Assembly (NCBI GenBank): GCA_023254735.1
Contig: JALRKV010000023.1
Coordinates: 438-64,437 of the forward strand
Reading direction: 5' to 3'
Origin: Pseudomonadales bacterium
GTDB lineage: Bacteria > Pseudomonadota > Gammaproteobacteria > Pseudomonadales > Pseudohongiellaceae
DNA: 64,000 nucleotides
Shown: in pieces, positions 9,088-22,442 of the stretch
Numbering within the stretch: the first letter of the stretch is position 1
Layout of the letters: every line of letters begins with the position of its first letter
The notes under the pieces: generated by a model
What the model saw: only the letters and a program-made list of their open reading frames with translations
The model's database searches: none
What the model was told of the DNA's origin: nothing
Made by a program: the position numbers and the translations under genes

Positions 9088-9840
9088 CTAGCGCCGCTCG
9101 CTGGAGATATGCAGGCCGCATTCTTTCTGAGTCGATTCCTCCCACCACCAGCGTCCTTCGCGCTCGTGCTGGCCTGGGCCCACCGGTCTCGTGCAGGGTT
9201 CGCATCCTAGGCTTACAAAGCCCTGGTCATGTAATTCATTGTAGGGAATATCGAGCATACGGATGAGCTGCCAGACTTCGGAGGAGCTCGTGTTGGCTAG
9301 CGGATTGACTTTGATGAGCTGTCGCTCGGGAGTTGAAAAAGTAGTATCAATCTCGACGATAGGCACCTCGCTGCGAGTTGGGCTTTGGTCGCGACGTTGG
9401 CCAGTTATCCAGGCGTCAAAACCTGCCAGATGCGCGCGTAACGGTGCGACTTTACGTATCCCGCAACACTCTTGGTGACCATCCTCATAGAAGCTAAATA
9501 AGCCTTTTTCGCGGACGAGTGAATTCACCGCGTCTGCGTTTGGCATTAAAACATCGAACTCGAGCGAGTAGTGGGCGCGAACCCGCTCAAGGAATCGATG
9601 CGTGGCAGCGGGGAGTCTTCCCGTGTCTAACGTAAAGACATGAAGATCTATCTCATTGCCAGCACCGCTTTGCTCAGCGAGTTTTTTTACCTTTACAAAA
9701 TGATCAATTAGCACCACGTCTTCGGCGCCGCTAAACGAAAGTGCGGTGCGTCCGAGCGTCGGTAAAAGCTTTGCGAGGATTTCGCGCGGGCTAAGTTGCT
9801 GCAGCGTTTCGTTGAGAGCTTCTATGTCTTGTGCGTTCAT
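9088..9840 (-). CDS. cysH: adenylylsulfate (APS)/PAPS reductase, Fe-S (APS) type
   Basis: 250 aa. The Cys pair in HQECCGIRK plus CxxC in GCEPCTR and the C-terminal ECGLH are the signature of bacterial assimilatory APS reductases. Confidence 0.85.
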   Translation of the reverse strand: MNAQDIEALNETLQQLSPREILAKLLPTLGRTALSFSGAEDVVLIDHFVKVKKLAEQSGAGNEIDLHVFTLDTGRLPAATHRFLERVRAHYSLEFDVLMPNADAVNSLVREKGLFSFYEDGHQECCGIRKVAPLRAHLAGFDAWITGQRRDQSPTRSEVPIVEIDTTFSTPERQLIKVNPLANTSSSEVWQLIRMLDIPYNELHDQGFVSLGCEPCTRPVGPGQHEREGRWWWEESTQKECGLHISSERR

Positions 9841-10097
9841 GATGCAGCTAACCTTGGCAAATGGGTGGGCTTAGCATGAAGGGGTGCGGTGCGCGCTGTG
9901 CCTTCGATGAATGTTTGCCCAATTCTGACCATTTTCCGGTAAATGTAACGAAGGGTAAAGTCCGCTATTCGAACTATCGCTTATCTGCTAGATTGCGATT
10001 CGCACTCGTAGAGAGTGGATGCACCGCGCGCATCGTGCACGTCAGAGGAAACTCGACGCCGGTTTACTGCCTGCGTCACAAAGCAGAGAGAAAAAAG

Positions 10098-10712
10098 ATG
10101 GAAATAGCATGCCTAGATTTAGAAGGGGTTTTAGTCCCTGAAATTTGGATTGGCTTCGCTGAAAAAACGGGAATCGACGACCTGCGTGCCACGACGCGTG
10201 AGGTCCCAGATTACGACGAGTTGATGCAGCAAAGACTGCGCATACTCAATGAGCATGGACTTGGCCTTCCAGATATTCAGGAAGTCATCGCGACAATGGC
10301 GCCGCTACCCGGTGCGCAAGATTTTGTTAAATGGTTGAAGTCGAATTTTCAGCTAATCATTTTGTCGGATACTTTCTATGAGTTTTCGTATCCCTTGATG
10401 CGTCAGCTAGACTTTCCTACGCTGTTTTGTCATAAGTTGGTATGCGATGACAGCGGCAAGATCGTTGACTACAAACTGCGGCAACCCGATCCTAAGAGAG
10501 CCTCTGTACAAGCATTGCATGGCCTAAATTTCAGAGTGATTGCTTCGGGCGATTCCTATAACGACGTGAGCATGCTTGAAGAAGCGGACGCAGGGATTTT
10601 ATTTCGCGCGCCCGACAGGGTCATCGAGGAGTTTCCGCAATACCCCGCCGTTACCGACTACGCTGATCTACGTCGGGAATTTTGCAAGGCAAGCTTAAGG
10701 GATATTTCCTAG
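10098..10712 (+). CDS. thrH: phosphoserine phosphatase / homoserine phosphotransferase ThrH
   Basis: From the ATG at 10098, MEIACLDLEGVLVPEIWIGFAEKTGIDDL... closely matches Pseudomonas ThrH as recalled. It has HAD DxD and GDSYND motifs. The track ORF starts 79 codons upstream with no family-like sequence. Confidence 0.8.
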   Translation: MEIACLDLEGVLVPEIWIGFAEKTGIDDLRATTREVPDYDELMQQRLRILNEHGLGLPDIQEVIATMAPLPGAQDFVKWLKSNFQLIILSDTFYEFSYPLMRQLDFPTLFCHKLVCDDSGKIVDYKLRQPDPKRASVQALHGLNFRVIASGDSYNDVSMLEEADAGILFRAPDRVIEEFPQYPAVTDYADLRREFCKASLRDIS

Positions 10713-10772
10713 ATTTGGCGTCAAGTTTCGCGTAGGTGCGCTCGAGTGGGGCTCCCAAAGCCGGCTCGGAGC

Positions 10773-13411
<2,639 letters not shown>

Positions 13412-13507
13412 TTAGAGCCGCACAGGGCGTATTATCGCAGCATGCGCCGTCTTATTCCATTTTGCTCGTTGGGCTGGTTTAGAGGCGCCAAATTCTTGGT
13501 TTGCGGG

Positions 13508-14182
13508 CTAATGCAGCTGCCTAATCACCTGTTTCTTAAGCTGTGCTGCAGTTCTCGCAAGACGGCTACGACAGAGGAGTTGCCAGCGGCGCCCTCCCAA
13601 TTGGCGCCAAAAAAGTGCGGCGCGGATACCGGCAAGCAATAGGGATCTAATCGACGCGGCGTTGCCTTCGTTGCTCAGCATGGCCGCCGACCCCTGTATC
13701 TGAATCGGGCGCGGGCATTTGCTCAATGTGGCTTTATAGATTTTCGCTATTGCGTGCGTCTGCTCAGAGATGCCTGCGTCGTTGACGTTCGCCGGTGTGC
13801 TTCTATCGATTGCTTCAATGCCATATCGAATTTGGCTTGCGAGCTGCGGGTTGGCCAGTATGCTGTCTGCAAGCCTTAGCATGCCAACAGCATACTGGAC
13901 GATCCTCTGAAAGCTTCGAAGCGAACCGCCTCTAGAGAGTGATTCGACCAGTGTAAGGCCGGGAACTAACAGATTCGGTTGTGGGAAGACCGCGGAAGGG
14001 CTTTTCGGATTGAGGGCGAAAAGCGGTTCCTGCAGCGCAGCGACGGTTGATTGATCGGTGATGCCTTCTCGTGCAATTTTGTCGATCAGCTGCGCGCACT
14101 GAAGCGCAAAAGCAACGGCCAAAACACGGTATTCCCAGTTGCCAAGGGTAGGGTTATGGTCGCTGCGGAAATCTTCGCTCAT
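13508..14182 (-). CDS. hflD: high-frequency-of-lysogenization protein HflD homologue
   Basis: 224 aa. It occupies the conserved mnmA-hflD-purB position, and ...ALQCAQLI... / ...FWRQLGG... are HflD-like. Confidence 0.75.
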   Translation of the reverse strand: MSEDFRSDHNPTLGNWEYRVLAVAFALQCAQLIDKIAREGITDQSTVAALQEPLFALNPKSPSAVFPQPNLLVPGLTLVESLSRGGSLRSFQRIVQYAVGMLRLADSILANPQLASQIRYGIEAIDRSTPANVNDAGISEQTHAIAKIYKATLSKCPRPIQIQGSAAMLSNEGNAASIRSLLLAGIRAALFWRQLGGRRWQLLCRSRLARTAAQLKKQVIRQLH

Positions 14183-14267
14183 GATGGGTCCTCAGAGGAA
14201 TTTAGGCTGTGTCGGCGTTGCCCAAGCCTAGTGTGAGCAGGCAGAGAAAAATTAAAATAAATCGCTC

Positions 14268-15398
14268 TCACAATGCGCTTTCGATTATCGCGCCACCAAG
14301 GCATCGCTCGCCCTGATAGATCACCATATGCTGACCGGGGGTGATGGCGCGCTGCGGCTCGTCAAAGTCGACTACCAAGCCGTCACCGGACAAGTTGAGT
14401 GTGCAGGCCTGATCTTCCTGCCGATAGCGGATTTTAACCTGACAGCGGAAGGGGAAAGCAGGCTCTTCGTCGTTTATCCAATTCACTGCGCCGGTGCGGA
14501 GTGATCGCGCGAAGAGCAGGGGGTTGTCGACACCCTGTACGGCGATGAGAATATTATTCTCGAGATCCTTGCCGGCAACAAACCAAGGGGCTTCGTCGAA
14601 ATCCCTAAGCCCGCCAATATGTAAACCCTGTCGCTGACCGATTGTGTAATACATGAGCCCCGCATGTTCGCCTATCGTGACACCGGTATCGGTCTGGATT
14701 AGGCCAGGCTGTGCGGGGAGATATTGCTCGAGGAAATCTTTAAACTTACGCTCCCCAATAAAGCAGATACCCGTGCTGTCTTTTTTGTCATGGGTGCTCA
14801 GGCTCAGCTCTTGGGCTATCTTGCGTACACGGCTTTTCTCAAGCTCGCCGACTGGAAAGAGGGATTGTGCGAGGCTTTCGCCGCCTACCTCGCAAAGGAA
14901 ATAACTCTGATCCTTATTGCCATCTAAGCCTTTTAGAAGGTGTGTGACACCCGCTACGTCGACTGAGCGGACATAATGCCCCGTCGCGATTTTGTCGGCA
15001 CCGAGATCGGTTGCGTAGTCTAAAAACGCTTTGAATTTAATTTCTCGATTGCAAAGCACGTCGGGGTTTGGGGTGCGGCCGGCTTGGTATTCGCGCAAAA
15101 AATGCTCGAATACGTTGTTCCAGTACTCGGCAGCAAAATTTGCGGTATGCAAAGTGATGCCGAGCTTGTCGCACACCGACTGTGCGTCTGCTAAGTCTTC
15201 TTTTGCCGTGCAGTATTCTGTGCCGTCGTCTTCGTCCCAGTTTTTCATGAATAGCCCTTCGACTCGGTAGCCGGCCTCGATCAGAAGATACGCAGCGACG
15301 GATGAGTCAACACCGCCAGACATTCCTACGATGACTGTCTGTTCGGTAACTGGGCTCGCGCCATTACTCACTGCATAAGGGCTTTTGCTAGATGGCAA
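14268..15398 (-). CDS. mnmA: tRNA 2-thiouridine(34) synthase
   Basis: 376 aa with the PP-loop [13 protein letters not shown], catalytic-Cys regions and [11 protein letters not shown]. Confidence 0.95.
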   Translation of the reverse strand: MPSSKSPYAVSNGASPVTEQTVIVGMSGGVDSSVAAYLLIEAGYRVEGLFMKNWDEDDGTEYCTAKEDLADAQSVCDKLGITLHTANFAAEYWNNVFEHFLREYQAGRTPNPDVLCNREIKFKAFLDYATDLGADKIATGHYVRSVDVAGVTHLLKGLDGNKDQSYFLCEVGGESLAQSLFPVGELEKSRVRKIAQELSLSTHDKKDSTGICFIGERKFKDFLEQYLPAQPGLIQTDTGVTIGEHAGLMYYTIGQRQGLHIGGLRDFDEAPWFVAGKDLENNILIAVQGVDNPLLFARSLRTGAVNWINDEEPAFPFRCQVKIRYRQEDQACTLNLSGDGLVVDFDEPQRAITPGQHMVIYQGERCLGGAIIESAL

Positions 15399-15425
15399 GG
15401 GGGTTTCTCTCTCTCGTGTCTGAAA

Positions 15426-15929
15426 TTAGGTCTGTATCAGTGTCAAAGGGTACCGGGCGCCTGCCAGATAGTCTTGGACCACCTTTAGTACCAGAGGGCT
15501 GCGAAGAGTTAGCTGACTCAGTTCCGTAAGCGTAAGCCAATGTGCTCCAAGAATATCAGGGTCAAGGGAAGACTCCGTCAGACGTACTGGACTCGCGGCA
15601 AAGCACACTCGCACATACCTCACGCCGTTACTCGGGGCAGTGTGGTGGTAAATGCCAACAATACTGTTTAAGTTCACCTCCCAGGCTGTCTCTTCGAGCG
15701 CCTCCCTAAGCGCTGCCTCAGTGACGGTTTCGTCGCTCTCAACATGACCGGCGGGCTGATTATAAACGATCTCACCATTGTCTTCTTCTTCAACGAAGAG
15801 AAACTTCCCCTCTCGCTCAACGACGACGGCGACGGTAAGGTGAGGGAGTGCGGTGGACTGGCGGGTAAAACTTGCTGATTTTTTGTTGTCTTCTTGTGTC
15901 AAAGTCTCGGTCTCGTGGGTGAGCGCCAC
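15426..15929 (-). CDS. NUDIX hydrolase (NudJ-like position upstream of mnmA)
   Basis: 167 aa with a GTG start and the Nudix box GHVESDETVTEAALREALEETAWE. Confidence 0.8.
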   Translation of the reverse strand: MALTHETETLTQEDNKKSASFTRQSTALPHLTVAVVVEREGKFLFVEEEDNGEIVYNQPAGHVESDETVTEAALREALEETAWEVNLNSIVGIYHHTAPSNGVRYVRVCFAASPVRLTESSLDPDILGAHWLTLTELSQLTLRSPLVLKVVQDYLAGARYPLTLIQT

Positions 15930-16014
15930 GCAAGCGCGTCTTGGCTAAAAGGGTTGAACCTCGCTATTATCTCGTCATTGTTACTACTGAGTTAACTAAA
16001 AGGAAGCGAACATT

Positions 16015-16500
16015 TTGAGTTCTGAGCAACCGCTTACGCATTTGGACGCGCAGGGAAATGCGCGCATGGTCGATGTCGGCGAAAAAGACAGCACGCAGCG
16101 CATCGCAGTCGCCGAAGGGCGTATCACCATGTCTGAAACCACCGCTCGGTTAATAAGCGACGGCGGACACAAGAAGGGGGATGTTGTGGCTATCGCGCGT
16201 ATTGCCGGTATTCAAGGGGCGAAGCAATGCTCGCAGCTCATCCCGCTTTGCCACCCGCTAATGCTCACCTCTGTATCCCTCGAAGTGAGTGTTGAGTCCG
16301 CGGCCGTAAAGGTCAGTGCGACGTGCAAGGTGCAGGGGCAGACGGGTGTCGAAATGGAGGCACTCACCGCCGTGTCTGTCGCCTGTCTGACGATATACGA
16401 CATGTGCAAAGCGGTCGATAAAGACATGGTTATAGGCGAGATAAAGTTAATTGAGAAACAGGGCGGCCGGAGTGGCCACTACGTTCGCGGGGCGAAATGA
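16015..16500 (+). CDS. moaC: cyclic pyranopterin monophosphate synthase
   Basis: 161 aa with a TTG start and AAGGAAG upstream. It shows ...MVDVGEK..., [17 protein letters not shown] motifs. Confidence 0.9.
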   Translation: MSSEQPLTHLDAQGNARMVDVGEKDSTQRIAVAEGRITMSETTARLISDGGHKKGDVVAIARIAGIQGAKQCSQLIPLCHPLMLTSVSLEVSVESAAVKVSATCKVQGQTGVEMEALTAVSVACLTIYDMCKAVDKDMVIGEIKLIEKQGGRSGHYVRGAK

Positions 16501-16754
16501 CTATGCTGGTTACCGTACAGTATTTCGCGAGTGTCCGTGAGGCGAGGGGAGAGGCTAGCGACTCGATTGAGTTGCGTGATGACGCTGATACTACAGTGCT
16601 TTTGAACGCCTTAAGAGCGGGGCCGCTTGCTATACTCGATGACGCGCTTTTCGACAGGCTGCTTGTCGCGGTCAATCAGAGCGTTGTCAGCGGCGCAGTG
16701 CGGTTAAACGCAGACGATGAAGTTGCGCTTTTTCCTCCGATGACGGGCGGCTAG
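16497..16754 (+). CDS. moaD: molybdopterin synthase sulfur-carrier subunit
   Basis: 85 aa ending in the ...FPPMTGG C-terminal Gly-Gly. There is an ATGA overlap with moaC. Confidence 0.85.
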   Translation: MTMLVTVQYFASVREARGEASDSIELRDDADTTVLLNALRAGPLAILDDALFDRLLVAVNQSVVSGAVRLNADDEVALFPPMTGG

Positions 16755-16756
16755 CT

Positions 16757-17236
16757 ATGAGCGTTCGCGTACAAGAAGAAGATTTTTCACTGCAGCAGGA
16801 AGTTGACGAAGTCAGAGCCGAAGCAGGGGATGCGGGCGCCGTCGTCACATTTACAGGGCTTGTGCGTGAGTTCCACCAATCCGACGACACCCAGTCGGTG
16901 TCGTGTCTTATGCTTGAGCATTATCCAGGCATGACGGAAAAAGCACTCGCGGAGATCGAGGCGCAGGCAAGAAAACGTTGGCCATTGCTCGCTACGCGAA
17001 TCGTTCATCGAGTGGGTGCCATGTCCGCTCAGGAGCAAATCGTCCTCGTTGCTGCCGCAAGTGCGCATCGTCATGCGGCGTTCGAAGCTGCGCAGTTTAT
17101 GATGGATTACCTGAAGTCGCGTGCTCCCTTCTGGAAGAAGCAAACAACGAGCGAGGGAGAGCGTTGGATCGATAGTCGAGAGTCCGACGAAGCTGCTATA
17201 GCCCGATGGCAAACCCTCAAGTCCGAAAGCCTTTAA
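16757..17236 (+). CDS. moaE: molybdopterin synthase catalytic subunit
   Basis: 159 aa with ...GAVVTFTGLVRE..., MLEHYPGM, FWKKQ motifs. Confidence 0.9.
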   Translation: MSVRVQEEDFSLQQEVDEVRAEAGDAGAVVTFTGLVREFHQSDDTQSVSCLMLEHYPGMTEKALAEIEAQARKRWPLLATRIVHRVGAMSAQEQIVLVAAASAHRHAAFEAAQFMMDYLKSRAPFWKKQTTSEGERWIDSRESDEAAIARWQTLKSESL

Positions 17237-17287
17237 ACCTGAAATCTAAGGCTAAAACCTTTAAGAAAGGTGCCGTCTCGAAAGGAG

Positions 17288-17827
17288 CTAAAGAGAGAGA
17301 AGCTTGCTTTCGCCTGGCTGCAGCGTCCCGAGCTCCCAATCTCCGATTTTCATGCGAATCAGCCTGAGAGTTGGAAACCCAACAGCGGCAGTCATTCGCC
17401 TGACTTGGCGGTTTCTCCCCTCGCTAATAATGAGCTCTATCCAGCTCGTCGGAATTGCCTTGCGCTCTCTGATTGGCGGGAATCGCGACCACAGGTCAGG
17501 CTCTCGAAGCAGCCTTGCTTTAGCAGGTTTAGTCGGTCCGTCTTTGAGAACAATACCGCTGCGTAGGGCATTCAGGGCTGTCTCGCTGACGTCGCCCTCG
17601 ACTTGAACCCAGTAGGTTTTTTCTTTGTTGAAGCGAGGGTCGCTGATCTGATGCTGTAGCTTGCCGTCATCGGTGAGAAGCAAAAGGCCCTCGCTGTCTT
17701 TGTCGAGGCGCCCTGCGGGATAGAACTTGGGCCTGGTTATCAGCGGGGTGAGGGTTAAGGAAGGGTCGTCGCCACTAAACTGTGAAAGGATTCCGAAGGG
17801 TTTGTTGAGAAGGATGATGCTTGCCAC
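17288..17827 (-). CDS. rluE: 23S rRNA pseudouridine synthase RluE-like (RsuA family)
   Basis: 179 aa with a GTG start and ILLNKPFGILSQF..., AGRLDKDSEGLLLLTDDG catalytic motif. It sits next to nudix-mnmA as in E. coli. Confidence 0.8.
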   Translation of the reverse strand: MASIILLNKPFGILSQFSGDDPSLTLTPLITRPKFYPAGRLDKDSEGLLLLTDDGKLQHQISDPRFNKEKTYWVQVEGDVSETALNALRSGIVLKDGPTKPAKARLLREPDLWSRFPPIRERKAIPTSWIELIISEGRNRQVRRMTAAVGFPTLRLIRMKIGDWELGTLQPGESKLLSL

Positions 17828-17995
17828 TCTTTGTCCTTAACCTATTTCCTTGTCGTTTTCCCTCTCGGCGATTCTCGGCCTTATTTGGTCAGACAAAATA
17901 ACGCCAGACCATTAACTGACGTCAGGCGATGGCTCAGCGGTCGCAGTAGGCCTCGACCCGACTCACGCACGACGTCAGTCATCTATGGCGTCTTG

Positions 17996-18277
17996 CTATG
18001 ATTCTGGGGATGACGCATCACTCTCAGTGTTTGAGTCGCTAGACTCGTCTAAGGGAACTTCGCTCTCCGCCAGCATAATATTCGCAGCGTGGGGGCCTTT
18101 CGGGCCGGTGACTAAGTCGAAGGTAACGTTTTGACCAGCTTTGAGCGTTTTATACCCTTCCATGCCTATGGACGAGTAATGTGCAAACAAATCTGCTCCG
18201 CCGTCCTCTGGAAGAATAAAGCCAAAACCCTTGGCATTGTTAAACCACTTAACTTGGCCGTTGCTCATCATTCTCAC
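17996..18277 (-). CDS. cspD: cold-shock-domain protein CspD-like with acidic/Ser-rich C-terminal tail
   Basis: GQVKWFNNAKGFGFILPEDGGADLFAHYS is an RNP1/RNP2 cold-shock domain. It is divergent from clpS as in E. coli. The true start is probably one of the Met codons at 18268-18277. Confidence 0.85.
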   Translation of the reverse strand: MRMMSNGQVKWFNNAKGFGFILPEDGGADLFAHYSSIGMEGYKTLKAGQNVTFDLVTGPKGPHAANIMLAESEVPLDESSDSNTESDASSPES

Positions 18278-18540
18278 TCCGTGCTTCTTATTATTTATTG
18301 TTATTTTTTGTCACTTAATGTGACTTGGCGACATATTCCCTTGAATCAACCAAAAATTCAACAGTGTTTTTCGATTGAGTTTTCCCTTTTCTATCACCCA
18401 AGCTATGACGCTGATCTAGATCTCCGATAGTGTCCACGAGGTCAGAAGAGTAGAATTGCAGACAGTGATACACTCTAGAGTTAGCAACCAAAACGAGTGG
18501 TTCAGCGTTAAGTGTGGAGATAGCGAATGAGGTTCCAGAC

Positions 18541-18909
18541 ATGGACGAGCAGTACGAATTAAAATGCGCCGAGCGTCTTTCTGCGCAGGGCGAGGAAGGT
18601 GATGACGGCGATTCTGGGCTAGCCGTTGCCAACGATAAGCCAGCATTGAAACGGCCGCCTCTGTACAAAGTGGTCTTGCTAAACGATGACTACACCCCCA
18701 TGGAGTTTGTCGTGGAAGTGCTGCGCGCATTCTTTGGCATGAATCCAGAGACTGCGACTAGAGTAATGCTCAAGGTACACACAGAGGGCAAAGGTGTTTG
18801 CGGCGTATACAGCAAAGATGTGGCAGAGACGAAAGCTGAGCTCGTTAACAGCTATTCGGCGGAATGCGAACAGCCGCTACTATGCGCGGTAGAGGAAGAC
18901 GAAGTCTGA
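18541..18909 (+). CDS. clpS: ATP-dependent Clp protease adaptor ClpS
   Basis: ...[23 protein letters not shown]...[10 protein letters not shown]... I chose the ATG at 18541 because GAGG lies 8 nt upstream. The track ORF starts at the GTG at 18514. Confidence 0.85.
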   Translation: MDEQYELKCAERLSAQGEEGDDGDSGLAVANDKPALKRPPLYKVVLLNDDYTPMEFVVEVLRAFFGMNPETATRVMLKVHTEGKGVCGVYSKDVAETKAELVNSYSAECEQPLLCAVEEDEV

Positions 18910-19009
18910 GGACTGACTGCTTCGCCTTTGGTCTATGTGGCATCGACGCGCGCAGAGCGCGCAAAAAAAAGCGAACGATAAACAGACAGAACCTAATCGG
19001 ATATAACGA

Positions 19010-21313
19010 ATGCTAAGCAAAGATCTCGAATCAACGCTCAATTTGGCCTTTCACACCGCGCGTTCGAAACGTCATGAATTTATGACGGTAGAGCATCTCC
19101 TGCTCGCGCTTCTCGATAACGAGGCAGCGAGAGAGGTGCTGGTTGCCTGTGACTGTGATTTTGAAAAAATGGCCAAGGAGCTTAGCGACTATATCGACAC
19201 GAATATGCCGCTACTACCCGAGGGGGACGACGAGCGCGAGACTCAGCCGACTCTTGGGTTTCAGCGAGTTTTGCAGCGCGCCGTGTTCCACGTGCAGTCC
19301 TCGGGAAAGAGGGAGGTTGGCGGGGCCAATGTTTTAGTCGCCATATTTAGCGAACAGGAAAGCCACGCAGTCTTTGTTCTAGAGCAACAAGACATTAACC
19401 GTATAAACGTCGTTAACTTTATTACGCACGGTATCTCTAAGCACGGTGAGGAATCCGAGTCTGAAGCGCCTGCGGCCTCTGTAGATGGGTCAAACGCGGC
19501 AGAGGGTGCTAAAAGCGCGCTTGCAAGCTATGCGACAAATCTCAACGCAGAAGCCGAAGCAGGGCGTATTGACCCGCTGATCGGTCGCGAAGAAGAAGTG
19601 ACGCGCGTCGTTCAGGTGCTTTCGCGTAGACGAAAAAATAATCCGCTTTTAGTGGGTGAATCAGGCGTGGGTAAAACGGCCGTCGCCGAGGGTCTTGCGA
19701 AGCTCATCGTCGACGGTGAGGTACCTGAAGTGCTCGCCGAAAGCGTCATATATTCTCTCGATTTAGGCGCGTTACTCGCGGGTACGAAATACCGCGGTGA
19801 TTTCGAGAAGCGTTTCAAGGCGCTGCTCAATGAGCTAACTCGCGATGAGAACGCGGTTTTATTTATCGACGAAATTCATATGATCATCGGTGCTGGTGCG
19901 GCGTCTGGCGGCGTTATGGATGCGTCGAATCTACTAAAACCTGCGTTGACAAGCGGGAAGATGCGCTGCGTCGGGTCTACGACCTACCAGGAGTACCGTG
20001 GCATTTTTGAGAAAGATCGCGCTTTATCGCGTCGTTTCCAGAAAGTTGATGTGGACGAGCCTGATGTCGATACCACGTACAAAATTTTGAAGGGCCTCAA
20101 GTCGCGTTTCGAGCAGCACCATGAGCTTCGCTATTCCGACAAGTCTCTGCTGGCTGCCTCTGAGCTTGCGAGCAAATACATCAACGACCGATTTATGCCC
20201 GACAAGGCTATCGATGTCATCGATGAGGCAGGCGCCTATCAGCGGTTACAGCCGCCCAGCAAACGCAAAAAGCTTTTACAGCCTGTTGATATGGAACGGG
20301 TCGTTGCGTCTATTGCGAAAATCCCACCCAAGCAAGTATCAACTACAGACATGGAAGCCCTGCGCACGCTTGAAGGCAATCTCAAGATGGTGGTCTTCGG
20401 TCAGGATCCGGCTATTGCTGCGCTATCGACAGCCATCAAGCTTTCGCGTGCTGGCCTCGGCGCGGAAGGCAAGCCTATCGGATCATTTTTGTTCGCGGGA
20501 CCAACGGGCGTCGGAAAAACCGAAGTGAGCAAGCAGTTAGCTAAAATAATGGGAATCGAGCTGCTGCGCTTTGATATGTCTGAATACATGGAGCGTCACA
20601 CCGTCTCTAGACTCATCGGGGCGCCTCCGGGTTATGTGGGCTTCGATCAGGGCGGTCTTTTGACCGAAGCAGTTAGCAAGAACCCCCATTGTGTGGTGCT
20701 GTTAGATGAAATAGAAAAGGCTCACCCTGATGTGTTCAATTTGCTCTTGCAAGTGATGGACCATGGCACACTGACGGATAACAACGGCAGGCACGCGGAT
20801 TTCCGCAACGTCATTCTAATTATGACCACGAATGCAGGCGCGCAGGAGATGTCTCGCGCCTCGATTGGTTTCACCGAGCAGGATCATTCGAGCGATGGCA
20901 TGGAGATGATAAAAAAAGCCTTCAGTCCGGAATTCCGCAATCGCCTTGATAGCATTATCCAATTCGGTAGCCTCACTGTTGAGACGATCAGAACCGTTGT
21001 CGATAAATTTATTGTCGAGCTACAGGTCCAACTCGATCAGAAAAATGTGCAGCTGCAGTTGGAGGACAGCGCTGTGGAGTGGTTCGTTACCCACGGCTAC
21101 AGCGAATCTATGGGAGCTCGACCCATGGCAAGGCTAATTCAGGACAAGTTAAAGAAGGGGATTGCCGAAGACATTCTCTTTGGGAAGCTTGTGAATGGCG
21201 GCAAAGTTATTGTGAGCGCAACTGAGGGTGACATTGTTATCGAAGCGCACGCAAGAGAATCTTCGCAGTCAAGCAGCAGGAAATCTGCCAAAGACACGCT
21301 GGCTAAAACGTAA
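19010..21313 (+). CDS. clpA: ATP-dependent Clp protease ATP-binding subunit ClpA
   Basis: 767 aa with two AAA+ modules ([18 protein letters not shown]) and a ClpA-type N-domain. Confidence 0.95.
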   Translation: MLSKDLESTLNLAFHTARSKRHEFMTVEHLLLALLDNEAAREVLVACDCDFEKMAKELSDYIDTNMPLLPEGDDERETQPTLGFQRVLQRAVFHVQSSGKREVGGANVLVAIFSEQESHAVFVLEQQDINRINVVNFITHGISKHGEESESEAPAASVDGSNAAEGAKSALASYATNLNAEAEAGRIDPLIGREEEVTRVVQVLSRRRKNNPLLVGESGVGKTAVAEGLAKLIVDGEVPEVLAESVIYSLDLGALLAGTKYRGDFEKRFKALLNELTRDENAVLFIDEIHMIIGAGAASGGVMDASNLLKPALTSGKMRCVGSTTYQEYRGIFEKDRALSRRFQKVDVDEPDVDTTYKILKGLKSRFEQHHELRYSDKSLLAASELASKYINDRFMPDKAIDVIDEAGAYQRLQPPSKRKKLLQPVDMERVVASIAKIPPKQVSTTDMEALRTLEGNLKMVVFGQDPAIAALSTAIKLSRAGLGAEGKPIGSFLFAGPTGVGKTEVSKQLAKIMGIELLRFDMSEYMERHTVSRLIGAPPGYVGFDQGGLLTEAVSKNPHCVVLLDEIEKAHPDVFNLLLQVMDHGTLTDNNGRHADFRNVILIMTTNAGAQEMSRASIGFTEQDHSSDGMEMIKKAFSPEFRNRLDSIIQFGSLTVETIRTVVDKFIVELQVQLDQKNVQLQLEDSAVEWFVTHGYSESMGARPMARLIQDKLKKGIAEDILFGKLVNGGKVIVSATEGDIVIEAHARESSQSSSRKSAKDTLAKT

Positions 21314-21411
21314 CGCCGTGTGGTCTTGCCTGAGCCAGCTCGCGCACGAGCCAGCGTGCGGATAGTGGGAGAGGAAGGAGGCGGGTGGCGCTGAATTTAA
21401 GCGCCGCCAGG

Positions 21412-21630
21412 CTAGCGGGCACGATAAGTGATGCGACCCTTGGTCAAATCATAGGGAGTGAGTTCGACTCTTACCTGATCACCTGTAAGGATTCGAATAT
21501 AATTTTTACGCATCTTGCCTGAAATATGGGCAGTGACGATATGGCCATTTTCTAGCTTGACGCGAAACATGGTATTCGGAAGGGTATCGACGACCTCGCC
21601 TTCCATTTCGATTTGATCTTCCTTTGCCAT
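21412..21630 (-). CDS. infA: translation initiation factor IF-1
   Basis: [30 protein letters not shown]...[10 protein letters not shown]. The start is taken at MAKED. Confidence 0.95.
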   Translation of the reverse strand: MAKEDQIEMEGEVVDTLPNTMFRVKLENGHIVTAHISGKMRKNYIRILTGDQVRVELTPYDLTKGRITYRAR

Positions 21631-21710
21631 TGGCAAACCTCTGTACTTAATCAGCGGCGCATTGTGCCCGATTTCATCCTTGAACGCTAGCGCTGCCGTT
21701 CCCGCGTCGA

Positions 21711-22442
21711 TCAGTTAATGCAGATCCAACGCCTGTCCTGGAGTAATTCGAGAGGGCGGTAGTCAAGTTTATAGGACATTTTGCGACAGTCTTTCACCCA
21801 ATATCCTAGGAACACATAAGGCAGCTGTCTTTCTTGGGCGTGTTTGACAAGAGACAATATCGCAAAAGATCCCAGAGATCTTTTTGACTCTCGAGGATCG
21901 AAGAACGTATAGACAGCCGAAAGCCCTTGTTTAAGCTCGTCGCAAACGGTTACGGCGACAAGCCTATCGTCGACGGCAAATAAGAAAAACTGCGTCGAAT
22001 CACTCCGACTTTGAATAAATGAGTCGAACTGCTCGCGCGATGCCGGGTACATGTCGCCGTCCTGATGACGCGAGTTTACATAATTTTCGTAAAGCGTGAT
22101 GGCTTCGATATTCCCTGCGAGAGACTGTGTCGTAGTAATCGCTATATCCTTGTTGCGGGAGATCACGCGCCTAAAACGACGAGAAGGCTGGAATGTAGCC
22201 GTGGGTATTCTTACAGAAATACAGGCGCTGCAGCTTTCGCAATCGGGCCGGTAAATGTGAGGACCACTGCGTCTGAAACCCAATTCGCTCAACTCACTTA
22301 ACAGATCAGTCGTGGGTATGACCTCAGGGTCGACGAATACCGTGGATGCTTCATGATTGGGTAGATAGCTGCACGGATGGGGGACTGTCCGAAATAAACG
22401 CAGGGATTTGCGTGGATCGGGTTTCTGTTCTGCATCGCTCAT
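21711..22442 (-). CDS. bpt: arginyl/leucyl-tRNA--protein transferase Bpt (Asp/Glu N-degron)
   Basis: 243 aa with the ATE-type motifs CSYLP..., GFRRSG..YRP.C..C..C, YLGYW. There is a 4-nt overlap with aat. Confidence 0.85.
   Translation of the reverse strand: MSDAEQKPDPRKSLRLFRTVPHPCSYLPNHEASTVFVDPEVIPTTDLLSELSELGFRRSGPHIYRPDCESCSACISVRIPTATFQPSRRFRRVISRNKDIAITTTQSLAGNIEAITLYENYVNSRHQDGDMYPASREQFDSFIQSRSDSTQFFLFAVDDRLVAVTVCDELKQGLSAVYTFFDPRESKRSLGSFAILSLVKHAQERQLPYVFLGYWVKDCRKMSYKLDYRPLELLQDRRWICIN

Noticed and set aside
9941-9949. 9-mer TTCCGGTAA shared between the cysH/thrH leader and the arm of the 44-bp palindrome
   Set aside because: A single shared 9-mer is expected by chance at roughly this frequency in 64 kb searched on both strands, and the flanking bases do not match.
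9861-10097. N-terminal extensions suggested by the longest-ORF track for thrH (9861), the TSUP gene (8038), fabD (46004), crcB (27395), alkB (37466) and infA (21636)
   Set aside because: In each case the family-typical N-terminus begins at an internal Met. An SD-like sequence precedes the chosen Met for the TSUP gene (AAGGA) but is only weak for alkB. The upstream residues are non-homologous, or overlap the neighbouring gene in the case of fabD/plsX.
18948-18970. GC hairpin (GCGCGC-aga-GCGCGC) followed by A8 between clpS and clpA, considered as a terminator
   Set aside because: On the transcribed (+) strand the stem is followed by an A-run rather than a U-run. On the minus strand the T-run precedes the stem. 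The polarity is wrong for an intrinsic terminator in either direction, so I kept it only as a possible mRNA structure.
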